A DNA stretch of 64,000 bases from a virus (lineage: Duplodnaviria; Caudoviricetes): IMG/VR virus record IMGVR_UViG_3300042307_000844. One strand, 5' to 3'. The first letter of the stretch is position 1. The number at the start of each line of letters is the position of its first letter. Positions 8,859 through 18,010 of this stretch are shown here, piece by piece. The translations under genes and the position numbers were made by a program. Below the pieces are notes generated by a model. It made no database searches and was not told the origin of the DNA. It was given only the letters and a program-made list of their open reading frames with translations.

Positions 8859-9202
8859 AATTTTTCCGTTTCATATACCCAATCATCCACATAACCAGTC
8901 TCCCAATCTTTGAATGTTCGCATTCTCACCTTGTAGGTTCCTTCTTCCAAATTCTCAAAATTCTTAAATACCGTATCAGCACCAGAATTCGAACAATCTT
9001 CATCAAACCAGTCCACCCAAGATTTTCCACTTTTTCTGGAGAGAACCCGAATATCCTTTCGCATGTGTAGTCCATTTTTATCATGCCAGTGACAGATTGC
9101 AACCTTTATGAAGAAATATGATTCATTTCTTTTATCATATTCTTTCAAAAGATCAGCTTCTTGGGTCATGAATTTTTCAATTTCTTCTGCTTCTAACCAC
9201 AT
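8855..9202 (-). CDS. Hypothetical protein
   Basis: 115-aa ORF. Confidence 0.7.
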   Translation of the reverse strand: MWLEAEEIEKFMTQEADLLKEYDKRNESYFFIKVAICHWHDKNGLHMRKDIRVLSRKSGKSWVDWFDEDCSNSGADTVFKNFENLEEGTYKVRMRTFKDWETGYVDDWVYETEKL

Positions 9203-10281
9203 AATCCTAAAAGTTTCTCCATTGATTTCTTCACCAGCTTATCATCCAATTCCTTGTTGTCAAGCATCGCAAATCCAAGCGGAATCATGAATCCGTCCCA
9301 ATGCTCCTGAATAGCCATTGCTTGCTTCTTACGGGAGTCCAGCTTGGAGATGTATCCCATGGCACGTTCAATGGTGTTGACCGAATGGACAAATTTGCCG
9401 TATGCTTCGGTGATTTGCATCATTTCATCTTTGATTTTCTCTGCCAATTCAAAATCAACGTGTTGAACGGTGTAATTATAAAAATCTCCATATTCTATAA
9501 ATCTTGGGGATGATAGGAAAAAATCCAAAATATTTGAAAGGGAACGCATTCCCGTAAAAATTTTATGAAGGCTCAGATACCATTCACCTTTCAGCTTACG
9601 CATTTTCCCACTCTCAGAATATAAAACCACTCCTTCCTTTCCCCGCCACATCTCCACATCTTGGACACATTCCTGAATTGATTCGTAATGATATTTATCT
9701 GGTCTTGGAATATCTAAATCTTTTGCCAGATCATCCAAATGCTCCTGAGAAAACATAAGACCCGTTTCCTTATGGATGATACCAATCAAAGATAATTTTG
9801 GTTCTGGAAACCCTCCAACCACAATTATGTTACTATTTGTCTGCCATTCGCAAAGGAACGTATAATCAGGATCATCCATCACATAATCAAAGAATTTCTC
9901 ATATTTTTCCAATAGAAAATCTAATTCGTGTCCATTCTCCAATTGACGTAAATTGGAAGTCCCCCTCGTTCTAGCCAAAAGTTCTCCTCTATATGAATCA
10001 AAAATTCCAAGGGAACCATCCAACTTCTCATAGGCTACAAATCTCTCATCCAGAGGGAATTTATCCAAATCTGGTTGTTCAGAGTAATTGAAGAATTTTG
10101 GGAACGATCTGGAAATTATGTGATGATCTGATTTACGAATGATCATGGATCGGAACTTGAGAGTGTCTTCAACCCACTTGCATTTTATTGAATCGGGAGT
10201 GATCAATAGGCATTCATCCCCAGCAATGGTGACATCTTTGAAGTTAAATTGTTCTGGATCGGGGAGTTTCATATTGTCCAT
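9193..10281 (-). CDS. RNA ligase, T4 Rnl1-like
   Basis: Motif I YEKLDGS, RSFPKFFN, TFLCE and EGVVL nucleotidyltransferase motifs; likely start MDNMKLPD at 10281. Confidence 0.85.
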   Translation of the reverse strand: MDNMKLPDPEQFNFKDVTIAGDECLLITPDSIKCKWVEDTLKFRSMIIRKSDHHIISRSFPKFFNYSEQPDLDKFPLDERFVAYEKLDGSLGIFDSYRGELLARTRGTSNLRQLENGHELDFLLEKYEKFFDYVMDDPDYTFLCEWQTNSNIIVVGGFPEPKLSLIGIIHKETGLMFSQEHLDDLAKDLDIPRPDKYHYESIQECVQDVEMWRGKEGVVLYSESGKMRKLKGEWYLSLHKIFTGMRSLSNILDFFLSSPRFIEYGDFYNYTVQHVDFELAEKIKDEMMQITEAYGKFVHSVNTIERAMGYISKLDSRKKQAMAIQEHWDGFMIPLGFAMLDNKELDDKLVKKSMEKLLGLCG

Positions 10282-10711
10282 TTTGTAAATTTTTCTTATA
10301 TTTTTTGGGAACATCCACTAGAAATGCTTGGCACGTTTTATCGGCTTCAAATGAGTGGGGAAGATTGAAATCAAAAATGACACCCTCTCCTTTGTTGATA
10401 CGACATTCATTTACCTTTTTACCATCCCAAGCGAACAATGTACCGCTACCAGAAATCAACAAACACATTGTCATTGCCGATTTTGGAGAGAGACTGTCAG
10501 TGTGCATTCCCACATCACCAAAAGTATAGATTCCTTGTTCATAAACCCTTGGCTTTTCGATTCCACGACTCTTTAGAAATCCACGGACAAAATCTTTGGA
10601 TTCCTTTGAAGAATGGATGGGATAAACTTCCCCATCTTCAAATTTTTTTCCGATTTTTGTGGAGAATTTGAGAATTTCTTGTTTCTCCTCCGTTGTGATT
10701 TCAATTTTCAT
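10244..10711 (-). CDS. Cupin / 2OG-Fe(II) dioxygenase-like protein
   Basis: HTD...PHSF HxD...H triad in a beta-rich C-terminal domain; motif 11 nt upstream. Confidence 0.6.
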   Translation of the reverse strand: MKIEITTEEKQEILKFSTKIGKKFEDGEVYPIHSSKESKDFVRGFLKSRGIEKPRVYEQGIYTFGDVGMHTDSLSPKSAMTMCLLISGSGTLFAWDGKKVNECRINKGEGVIFDFNLPHSFEADKTCQAFLVDVPKKYKKNLQNGQYETPRSRTI

Positions 10712-10725
10712 GGGATCAGTGTATT

Positions 10726-10962
10726 CTAGTTTTTAAGCTTGTATCTTTCAAACCATTCTTCCAAGGTGAGAAATTCAACATTAGCTGTATCAGACGGGTT
10801 GAAGTTCTCACCTAAAAATTCAAATTCCCATATTGAGCCTTCTCTTAGCTCATGGAAATCCACAAAAGCCTGTTCTTTTGATTCATATTCAAACGGTATA
10901 GTCTCATCCCCATCAGCTTCGTAGGGGACGCACCAGTGATATCTTAATACTAATTTTTCCAT
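10726..10962 (-). CDS. Hypothetical protein
   Basis: Likely start MEKLV at 10962; ends KN* using the TAG of a motif copy. Confidence 0.7.
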   Translation of the reverse strand: MEKLVLRYHWCVPYEADGDETIPFEYESKEQAFVDFHELREGSIWEFEFLGENFNPSDTANVEFLTLEEWFERYKLKN

Positions 10963-10966
10963 AATT

Positions 10967-11184
10967 TCATTCCGAATCGTCAAAGTCCAAATACGTGCGT
11001 ATTTTATCCATTAGATTATTCCGTCTTCCAATCCCGCGACTCTTCAGAAATTTTTTGATAAAATCTTTGGATTCCTTTGAAGAGTGGACGGGATCAACTT
11101 CTCCGTGTTCATATTTTTTTGCCTGATTTTTGTGGAGAATTTGAGAATTTTTAGTTTCTCCTCCGTTGTGATTTCAATTTTCAT
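10967..11184 (-). pseudogene. Frameshifted, truncated copy of the 5' end of 10244-10711
   Basis: MKIEITTEEKLKILKFSTKI, then a 2-nt insertion (AGGC+A7 versus GG+A7); homologous frame resumes YEHGEVDPVHSSKESKDFIKKFLKSRGI and then diverges; the upstream motif and 11-nt leader are duplicated too. Confidence 0.8.
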
Positions 11185-11198
11185 GTGATCAGTGTATT

Positions 11199-11567
11199 CT
11201 AGTTTTCAATTAATTCTATTTCCTGATAATTATAGTTCGGCTTTAGTTCAAATTCTGTCAAAGTTAAAATTTTATCATATCCCAATTCTTCAATAAAGTC
11301 GAACCAACAATATCCCTTATCAAAGCAGGAATGATTACATGACAGACATACGTAACCCCCCCAATCAATCCCTTCGGTTTCTTCATATATATCATCACTC
11401 AAACAATTACAACATATTGGTTGATTATTTTTTCTGATCCACATACTTGATGTATCTGCATCGTATTCACAACCATAATCTGATTCATGATATTTGCAGG
11501 ATTTTATCCTCCAACAAACCTCATCGTTTATTGATTTGAATTCTAGTTCTACTTTAGCGTTTTCCAT
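11199..11567 (-). CDS. Cys-rich hypothetical protein
   Basis: 122 aa with CCNC and CLSC; ends EN* at a motif TAG. Confidence 0.75.
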   Translation of the reverse strand: MENAKVELEFKSINDEVCWRIKSCKYHESDYGCEYDADTSSMWIRKNNQPICCNCLSDDIYEETEGIDWGGYVCLSCNHSCFDKGYCWFDFIEELGYDKILTLTEFELKPNYNYQEIELIEN

Positions 11568-11571
11568 AATT

Positions 11572-12264
11572 TTAATGGTTGTTGATGATCATCTTCACGA
11601 CCCAGCCCCCCTGAAATGTGCCGGGGATTGGAAGTAAAGCGTCACCTGTAACGTCTGAAACCTCCGATAAAGTCTGATACCATTTCTCATTCTTTGGCAT
11701 CTCCTTGGGATGGACTAGGAAGTGATAACCACCTCGCGTCTCCACAACGTCCACAGCTTTGCCACAGACATCGGTGAAGCGATCCAGAACGTTCTGGCTC
11801 TTCTCATCCACATCAAACGTGACAACCCTTTTCTTGGAAGCAGTCCTTTGGATGGTGGATAGAATCTCCTGATGGGGATTGCTGTTCTTACCTTGGCATT
11901 GCACCACTTTCATAAGATCAATCGCACCTTGGATGGTGGCTTTAAACATGTCTCGCGGATTTGGGCTACAGTATAATACCAAACTTTCTTGAGGCACCAC
12001 GAATTCCTCCCCACCTTTACCTTTCATCGTGTAAGAACCGATGGGGCATTCCAATTGTTTGATCTTGGATACCATTCTTTCCTTGGTTGTCGTTAGGCGT
12101 TTCAAGTGGTTTTTATCCGCTTTGATCCAAGGATGTTGTTCTGATGAACAGTATTTTTTTCTTGTAAACGCTGCCAAGTAGTATATCTCATGCTCTTCCA
12201 AGTCTGGTAGCCAATCGATAAATCTTTCAAGCTCATCTTGATCCATTAAAAATTTGTAGTTCAT
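11572..12264 (-). CDS. Archaeo-eukaryotic primase (AEP)-like domain protein
   Basis: VTFDVD (hhhDhD) followed by ETRGGYH (motif II His). Confidence 0.5.
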   Translation of the reverse strand: MNYKFLMDQDELERFIDWLPDLEEHEIYYLAAFTRKKYCSSEQHPWIKADKNHLKRLTTTKERMVSKIKQLECPIGSYTMKGKGGEEFVVPQESLVLYCSPNPRDMFKATIQGAIDLMKVVQCQGKNSNPHQEILSTIQRTASKKRVVTFDVDEKSQNVLDRFTDVCGKAVDVVETRGGYHFLVHPKEMPKNEKWYQTLSEVSDVTGDALLPIPGTFQGGWVVKMIINNH

Positions 12265-12929
12265 AGATTAATTTCCTCCGTTTGATTTGATTGCCAGATG
12301 AAGTTCTTCCATGTGGGAACCCTATGTTTATTCATTACAATATGATACCAATATTCATCTCCCCTCAAGGTGATTTTCACCAGCTTACCCGAAAATTGAT
12401 TATTGACAAGCCATTCGTAATTGTAAATTCGATACATATATATCAGCAGATACTTCTCAAGCAGCTTTTGAAGCATGAATACCCGCTTTCCGAATTTCTC
12501 TTGATACCGATCCAACTCATAAAGCTTTTGCCCCAAATCGTGATTGATCTTTTCCTTGGGTTCCTCAATCCAATTGAAAGAATATCCCCACCCATAACGA
12601 TCATCCATCTTGGAATAATCCCAAGCCCACCATTTGTTCTGATCACCCGTGTATTCATGGGTTGGTTTGCAATGAAGAACAATCTTATTATTCACCGCTC
12701 TTGCCTTGATCTCCTCCAGAAACGGAAACCACACCCGCTCATCCCATTCCTTATCTTGTCGTTGGGCAGTCTGATAGGCTCTTGCCATGTCATTTAGACC
12801 ATCATGAAGACTATTTTCATCAACTCTCCAGTTACGGATTAGAAATCTTCCGCGCAATCCATCAAGATAGGTGGATTCGTAATTATCGTAAATATATTGC
12901 CAATTGTCTGTTTTAAGCGTTTCGTGCAT
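12261..12929 (-). CDS. Hypothetical protein
   Basis: 222-aa ORF; motif 11 nt upstream. Confidence 0.8.
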   Translation of the reverse strand: MHETLKTDNWQYIYDNYESTYLDGLRGRFLIRNWRVDENSLHDGLNDMARAYQTAQRQDKEWDERVWFPFLEEIKARAVNNKIVLHCKPTHEYTGDQNKWWAWDYSKMDDRYGWGYSFNWIEEPKEKINHDLGQKLYELDRYQEKFGKRVFMLQKLLEKYLLIYMYRIYNYEWLVNNQFSGKLVKITLRGDEYWYHIVMNKHRVPTWKNFIWQSNQTEEINL

Positions 12930-12950
12930 GGATGTAGTGTGGTCTAGTTT

Positions 12951-13118
12951 TTATTTCATTGCAAGGCAATCACCATTCGTGTTGTAGTAATCCCAAGCAT
13001 ATTCATAAGTGTCCTTGTGGGGACAATCAAAACAAGTGTAGTCCTCTGGCTTGTAATTCGGCGGTTCCCACTCCATGTCGGATGGGTGATCTTCAAATGT
13101 TGGGATTTTCCATTTCAT
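12951..13118 (-). CDS. Small Cys-containing phage protein (55 aa)
   Basis: Manual translation MKWKIPTFEDHPSDMEWEPPNYKPEDYTCFDCPHKDTYEYAWDYYNTNGDCLAMK; TAA stop lies in a motif copy. Confidence 0.7.
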   Translation of the reverse strand: MKWKIPTFEDHPSDMEWEPPNYKPEDYTCFDCPHKDTYEYAWDYYNTNGDCLAMK

Positions 13119-13491
13119 AATTCAAAATCTCCTCATCTTCCACTTGCTCCATCTTATACAGACTGTTTGCAGTTGTGATATAGGTTACTCCCTCGTTCTC
13201 TTCCAGCTTCATCACTTCCGATGTGTGCATGGTTCCCCGCTTCACCACACCATTGCGATTCCAACGGTCAATGATGATCATCTTTCCGACTTCGATTTCT
13301 CCGATAAGCTCTCCCACGATCCAGTAGTCCACGGGAGGACTCTTTCCTTCGTGAAACTGTCCCCAAGTGCCACGCTCTTGGTCAATACGGTATTCCTCAA
13401 CGGTGGAAGATTGTGTAGCCTCACTGTTGGGGTTGATATTTATTTTAGTTAATTTTATCATAATTTCATTTTTTAAAGTATGTTTTTCCAT
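13093..13491 (-). CDS. Hypothetical protein
   Basis: 132-aa ORF. Confidence 0.75.
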   Translation of the reverse strand: MEKHTLKNEIMIKLTKININPNSEATQSSTVEEYRIDQERGTWGQFHEGKSPPVDYWIVGELIGEIEVGKMIIIDRWNRNGVVKRGTMHTSEVMKLEENEGVTYITTANSLYKMEQVEDEEILNYEMENPNI

Positions 13492-13834
13492 CCCCTCTCT
13501 TAATCACATCCACCCGCACCTTGGTAATCCCTTTTTTCAGGAAACCAAGCTTACTGGCAGCAGCTTGGGAAAGGTCAACGATCCTTCCCCGGATGTATGG
13601 CCCGCGATTTGTGACGCGAACCATCACATCCTTACCATTGGATAGGTTGGTAATCTTGGCAATCGTGCCAAATGGCAGAGTCTTATGTGCCATCGTGTAT
13701 GAATCATCCCTCAGGGGGATTCCGCTTGCTGTATGCGTCCCCCCATTCGTGCGAATTGAGTAATGGGAAGCGATTCCATATTCTTGAGAGAACCCAAGGT
13801 TAATCGTCAGTAGTATAATTAGTATTGTTTTCAT
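13466..13834 (-). CDS. rlpA: RlpA-family lytic transglycosylase (DPBB domain) with signal peptide
   Basis: GIASHY...TASG...AHKTLPFGT...RVTNRGPYIRGRIVDLSQAAA; hydrophobic N-terminus. Confidence 0.9.
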   Translation of the reverse strand: MKTILIILLTINLGFSQEYGIASHYSIRTNGGTHTASGIPLRDDSYTMAHKTLPFGTIAKITNLSNGKDVMVRVTNRGPYIRGRIVDLSQAAASKLGFLKKGITKVRVDVIKRGDGKTYFKK

Positions 13835-13848
13835 AATTTGATTGTATT

Positions 13849-14070
13849 CTAGTTTTTATTGGGATGGTTTGCAAAATATTCCGCAATGCTATCATCCCAA
13901 GGCTTGTTACGTTTATCCAACTCATCCGCTATGAATCGTAATTGATGAGATGATAAGTATCCGTTTAATTCTTTGGGAAAATAATAAATATATCCATCAT
14001 CATTGAAGACGAAATCCCCCGCATCATCAATTATCTTGATTAATTTGTTTTTGTAACTTTCAATATGCAT
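13849..14070 (-). CDS. Hypothetical protein
   Basis: Start reassigned to MHIESY at 14070 to avoid a large overlap; ends KN* at a motif. Confidence 0.65.
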   Translation of the reverse strand: MHIESYKNKLIKIIDDAGDFVFNDDGYIYYFPKELNGYLSSHQLRFIADELDKRNKPWDDSIAEYFANHPNKN

Positions 14071-14329
14071 AATGTTTTTCAGGGTCAAATCCATATACTT
14101 CACACAAGTCCCGAAAAATCGGCTCATATTCCCAATATCTGCGATGAATTCCATCATAATATCGCTTGAATCTGTCGTGTCGAATGCCTTCCTCGTAAGG
14201 ATTGATCTTCAAATCATACTCTCCAAATTTATTTTTTCTAAAAGCATTCTCAGCTAGAATAGCGTCTTCGGCTTGCCGTCTTTTGGATGGCTTTTTGATG
14301 TATTGAAGGTTGGTCATAATGTTTTCCAT
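14060..14329 (-). CDS. Hypothetical protein
   Basis: 89-aa ORF. Confidence 0.7.
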   Translation of the reverse strand: MENIMTNLQYIKKPSKRRQAEDAILAENAFRKNKFGEYDLKINPYEEGIRHDRFKRYYDGIHRRYWEYEPIFRDLCEVYGFDPEKHYAY

Positions 14330-14526
14330 TTCTTTCTAGCAGCTTGAAGACACCCAATGATCCTTTCCAGTGTCTCCAAATCCTTAATTTCCCCATGATC
14401 GGGCAATCCATGGATCATACAACCGATTCTTTCAGATGGGAATTCGCAAAGAGTGACTTCAAAGTGAATCAGGGCATTATCATAGTATGTCTTGAAGACG
14501 ATCTCTTCGTCAATTTTGTGTTTCAT
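14314..14526 (-). CDS. Hypothetical protein
   Basis: In-frame ATG at 14526 is 11 nt from the motif (track start 14532). Confidence 0.7.
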   Translation of the reverse strand: MKHKIDEEIVFKTYYDNALIHFEVTLCEFPSERIGCMIHGLPDHGEIKDLETLERIIGCLQAARKKWKTL

Positions 14527-14547
14527 ATTCATATTGTATTCTAGTTT

Positions 14548-15216
14548 TTAACGATGTTCTACAATCTCAAGAATATCTAAAATCCTGCTATCACAACCAT
14601 TGTGAGATGCGAAGTGTGACTGGTGGAAGTGACCACACCAATGCTTTTTAGCTCCACAAAGTTCTATTAGCTTGGCAATGTCCTCCCGTTCCTTCACACA
14701 TTCTTCCCAAAGTGTGGGGTCTTTCTCACACCATCCAGCGATCCCTTGCTTCGAAAAATCCCCGATCCAATTTGGAGCAGAATGCGTTATTAAAACATCC
14801 ACCTTATCCACCAATTCAGGCTTCAAAACAAACGCTTCATCCTCCCACCATGACATATTGGGGACACGAATACGACGATCAATGCTCACAGCACCCCCAA
14901 CAAATAGGAACTTCTCCCCATTGAATGTCTGGTAGGAATAATCACGTATCAATTCAAAATGAGAATGATTAACAGTGCCAAGAAAGTATTTGGGATCATC
15001 GTGGTTGCCCCTCGCTCCTTTGAATTGAATGTTACGCTTCTTGAAACGATTGTTTAGAAGCTCAATCTCCCTATGTTGCTTATCGGGAGATTTAAACCCA
15101 ACGCCTAAATCGCCCACATGTAGGAGAACACAATCTTCTATTTTAAGGCTTTCTAACTTACGAAACAGAGCATCCCAATCTCCATGGCTGTCCCCAATAA
15201 TACACACACTTGTCAT
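14548..15216 (-). CDS. Calcineurin-like metallophosphoesterase
   Basis: GDSHG, VGDLG, RGNHD, THSAP and GHFH motifs. Confidence 0.85.
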   Translation of the reverse strand: MTSVCIIGDSHGDWDALFRKLESLKIEDCVLLHVGDLGVGFKSPDKQHREIELLNNRFKKRNIQFKGARGNHDDPKYFLGTVNHSHFELIRDYSYQTFNGEKFLFVGGAVSIDRRIRVPNMSWWEDEAFVLKPELVDKVDVLITHSAPNWIGDFSKQGIAGWCEKDPTLWEECVKEREDIAKLIELCGAKKHWCGHFHQSHFASHNGCDSRILDILEIVEHR

Positions 15217-15872
15217 CAGTAATCATCCTTTCCAATCCAGAATTGCTTCATTCCAAGATAATCTTCTTTTCCCCAAGGTGTGTAGAAAATCTCCTTATCT
15301 CTTCCCATCTTTTTCAATTGTTTCAAGGTGGGTAGAACATTAACCGTGAAATATTCCTCCCGACCACTATCATTGTTATAATATGGAATGAGTTCAATTT
15401 TTGAAATTGATTTGATCTGCTTATGTTTGGAGAAGTATTCATGAAGTTTTTTCAGATTATAATTTTTTGATCTGATATGGGCATCAATATAATCCCCCAC
15501 AACAACCACGGGAATAGGCTCCAGATCAACTGTCCAAAACGTGTGATCGTAACTACATGCCAACACGATTTTGGAGATATCGATGTCCTCTGGATTTTCC
15601 GGCAATTCCTCCCCTTTCCACCATTTTTCATCCTCTTTTTTATTCCAACCCCAGTATGGATTTGTTTCTTCCAAATACTCCAAACTCGAATTATAAACAA
15701 CATCAAAGTGTAATGTGCTATTATGTTTTGATTTTACGGCTTTACCGCCATATTCCAATGTTCTGGATGTTTGCTTATCGTTTACAACAACTTCCTTTAA
15801 AACAACATTGGGATGTAACCTATAGGTCGTGGTTTCCGTAACCACGGTTGTTTTCTTTTTCGTAACTTTCAT
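15216..15872 (-). CDS. Hypothetical protein
   Basis: 218-aa ORF; motif 11 nt upstream. Confidence 0.8.
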   Translation of the reverse strand: MKVTKKKTTVVTETTTYRLHPNVVLKEVVVNDKQTSRTLEYGGKAVKSKHNSTLHFDVVYNSSLEYLEETNPYWGWNKKEDEKWWKGEELPENPEDIDISKIVLACSYDHTFWTVDLEPIPVVVVGDYIDAHIRSKNYNLKKLHEYFSKHKQIKSISKIELIPYYNNDSGREEYFTVNVLPTLKQLKKMGRDKEIFYTPWGKEDYLGMKQFWIGKDDY

Positions 15873-15886
15873 GTCCCTATTGTATT

Positions 15887-16555
15887 CTAGTTTTTAACAG
15901 GCGTGAACCCCAATTCCTTGGCTTTTGCCTTGGATAAAGTCCGATAGCATCCACGTTTATTGACACAGAAAACACCAGCATTGCCCGTCACTTCACAGGT
16001 TTGGGATGCTTGGTATTCCGCCAAACGAATCATCCCCTTGATGATATCATCTCCCCCACTGGTGTATATACAAAGGCTATACTTCTGCTTCACCTGTTCG
16101 ATAGTAACTGGCTCAGGATATCGCGTTCTCTGATATTTTGTGAAATCAAACCGCATTTTACGAAGCAGCTTTCGGATTCGATTTTCCCATTTCCACCAAG
16201 AGGTTGCTTGAATTTTTTTCTGCATCTCAGGAAAAATGATTCGTGGATTATCACTTGGGTATAGACGTTGAGTTGGCTTGAGAACCTTGCTGACAAATTT
16301 TGCTGCTTCCCAAGTCTTACCATTCCACCAGAATTTGAAACGCTTTATCCGCGTGTCTTCCAGATAATGGATTTTTGTTTTGGAGTATTGATTGATCGCT
16401 CCAAAGAGATTGAGAATGATCTTCTCCCATCCCTTGGGGACATCTGATATGCTCATTGAACCTTCTCCCCACTCAACGAAAGTAAAATCCATTGCCAAAT
16501 CTTGAATGAATTTTGAGGATTGCTCAAAGTCTTTTTTCCATTGTTCTCCTGTCAT
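15887..16555 (-). CDS. Hypothetical protein
   Basis: 222-aa ORF ending KN* at a motif. Confidence 0.8.
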   Translation of the reverse strand: MTGEQWKKDFEQSSKFIQDLAMDFTFVEWGEGSMSISDVPKGWEKIILNLFGAINQYSKTKIHYLEDTRIKRFKFWWNGKTWEAAKFVSKVLKPTQRLYPSDNPRIIFPEMQKKIQATSWWKWENRIRKLLRKMRFDFTKYQRTRYPEPVTIEQVKQKYSLCIYTSGGDDIIKGMIRLAEYQASQTCEVTGNAGVFCVNKRGCYRTLSKAKAKELGFTPVKN

Positions 16556-16556
16556 A

Positions 16557-17072
16557 TTATTTTAATTTCAAGCTGTTTTTAATATTCTCTACGTGCCGAT
16601 CAATCACGCTTTCTGGTACTCCATGGGAGTTGGTTCCGTTGTGGCGTTTCTCCACCACTAGAGAGAACACCATGATACCACGCCTTTCCGCTTCGTCAAT
16701 ATAAAATTGAAATTCGGAAATTTTGGTGTTTGTGTTAGCTACCACAATAGTATCAAAAAGTTCTGGATTATCCAGAGCATACAGGAATTTTTCACGACAC
16801 CGTTCATGAGCTTTTCCCAGAAGATCAGGATTGAAATTGTATTTCCCCAATTCATCATAGAAGTAATCATCAGCACAGCAGATTGCAAGTTCCCCGCCGA
16901 AGAGCATTGCTACAGAGCTTTTGCCGCATCCAGAGCTTCCACGAAGGATCACCAAATTTGGTTTTCTAATCTCAACATCACATCCCAAGTCCTTGAAATC
17001 TTGAATTATTTCTTCGTCACTCATAGCAGCTAATTGTTTATCAAAATCCTTTTTAAATTGTTCTATTGTCAT
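16557..17072 (-). CDS. P-loop kinase (AAA_33 / polynucleotide kinase-like)
   Basis: Walker A GSSGCGKS, CADDYF, VVANTN and HGVP motifs. Confidence 0.8.
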   Translation of the reverse strand: MTIEQFKKDFDKQLAAMSDEEIIQDFKDLGCDVEIRKPNLVILRGSSGCGKSSVAMLFGGELAICCADDYFYDELGKYNFNPDLLGKAHERCREKFLYALDNPELFDTIVVANTNTKISEFQFYIDEAERRGIMVFSLVVEKRHNGTNSHGVPESVIDRHVENIKNSLKLK

Positions 17073-17093
17073 AATTTTAAATATTTTTCCAGA

Positions 17094-17252
17094 TCAACCC
17101 TTGCGGTATTTTGCGATGAGTTCCTTTTCCTTCGCAGTTCGCTCAACTTTGAACTTCTCCCCTCTTCGGAGTATTATTTTATTTTATCCATGACAATCCC
17201 ATTCCTTAGCGAGACGGTAGATGTCTGGTTCTACTGATGTTTTGTATGACAT
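17094..17252 (-). pseudogene. Small ORF interrupted by an in-frame TAA (or a 22-aa peptide)
   Basis: ATG 11 nt from a motif; MSYKTSVEPDIYRLAKEWDCHG*NKIILRRGEKFKVERTAKEKELIAKYRKG*; TAA at 17184-17186. Confidence 0.45.
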
Positions 17253-17266
17253 GTTTTGATTGTGTT

Positions 17267-17989
17267 CTAGTTTTTAAGAATTTCCTTCTTTCTAGCTCCT
17301 TTGGCAATCATCACATAATGATTATCCTCCCGCTCAATCCTTGCTTGGGAATATCCAACCAATTCGGGATATTTCCGTTCCACGTATTCCCCAACCACTT
17401 GCCACACCTTCATATAGTCCTTGGTTTCATGGGCTTTATCCAATTTATTCACGATAGTCTTCCCCTTGATGGGGAATCTCTTTTCAGCGGCAAATCCCTC
17501 AATTACTGGTAAAGGAACTTTGGTGATTTGTAGGGGATCACGATAATTCACACCATTACCTTCGTATCCGTCGTTGTTCTTTAAAGAAACATATTGACGC
17601 AGGGTGGAGTAGATTTCGTATGCCAGTGTCCCCCCACCTTCAATCATTTTTTTATTGCATACCCCAAAATTACCCCGTAGATGACCACGCTTCAAACGCT
17701 CTTTCTCTTCCCAAGACACTTCCGTATTGCGTTCCCCATTCTCCCCATAGGTGCATCCATATTGGTCGTAATAACCCCCATGTCCATCGTATTTCAATTG
17801 GGGAGGTTCGGGATACAGAATACCCCTTACAAATGTTTCAATAGATTCCGATTCTTTCCAAGACAAGCCCACATCCCGAAACGCCTCATCAATGGCGATC
17901 CTGATCTGTCCTGCTCGCAATCTGGAATACACTTCCAAGGCAGTCATCATCACCCGAAGGTGTTCGTCAGTAAATTCAATTTTAGTCAT
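17267..17989 (-). CDS. Hypothetical protein
   Basis: 240-aa ORF flanked by motifs at both ends; ends KN*. Confidence 0.8.
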   Translation of the reverse strand: MTKIEFTDEHLRVMMTALEVYSRLRAGQIRIAIDEAFRDVGLSWKESESIETFVRGILYPEPPQLKYDGHGGYYDQYGCTYGENGERNTEVSWEEKERLKRGHLRGNFGVCNKKMIEGGGTLAYEIYSTLRQYVSLKNNDGYEGNGVNYRDPLQITKVPLPVIEGFAAEKRFPIKGKTIVNKLDKAHETKDYMKVWQVVGEYVERKYPELVGYSQARIEREDNHYVMIAKGARKKEILKN

Positions 17990-18010
17990 GGAACGATTGT
18001 AGTCTAGTTT

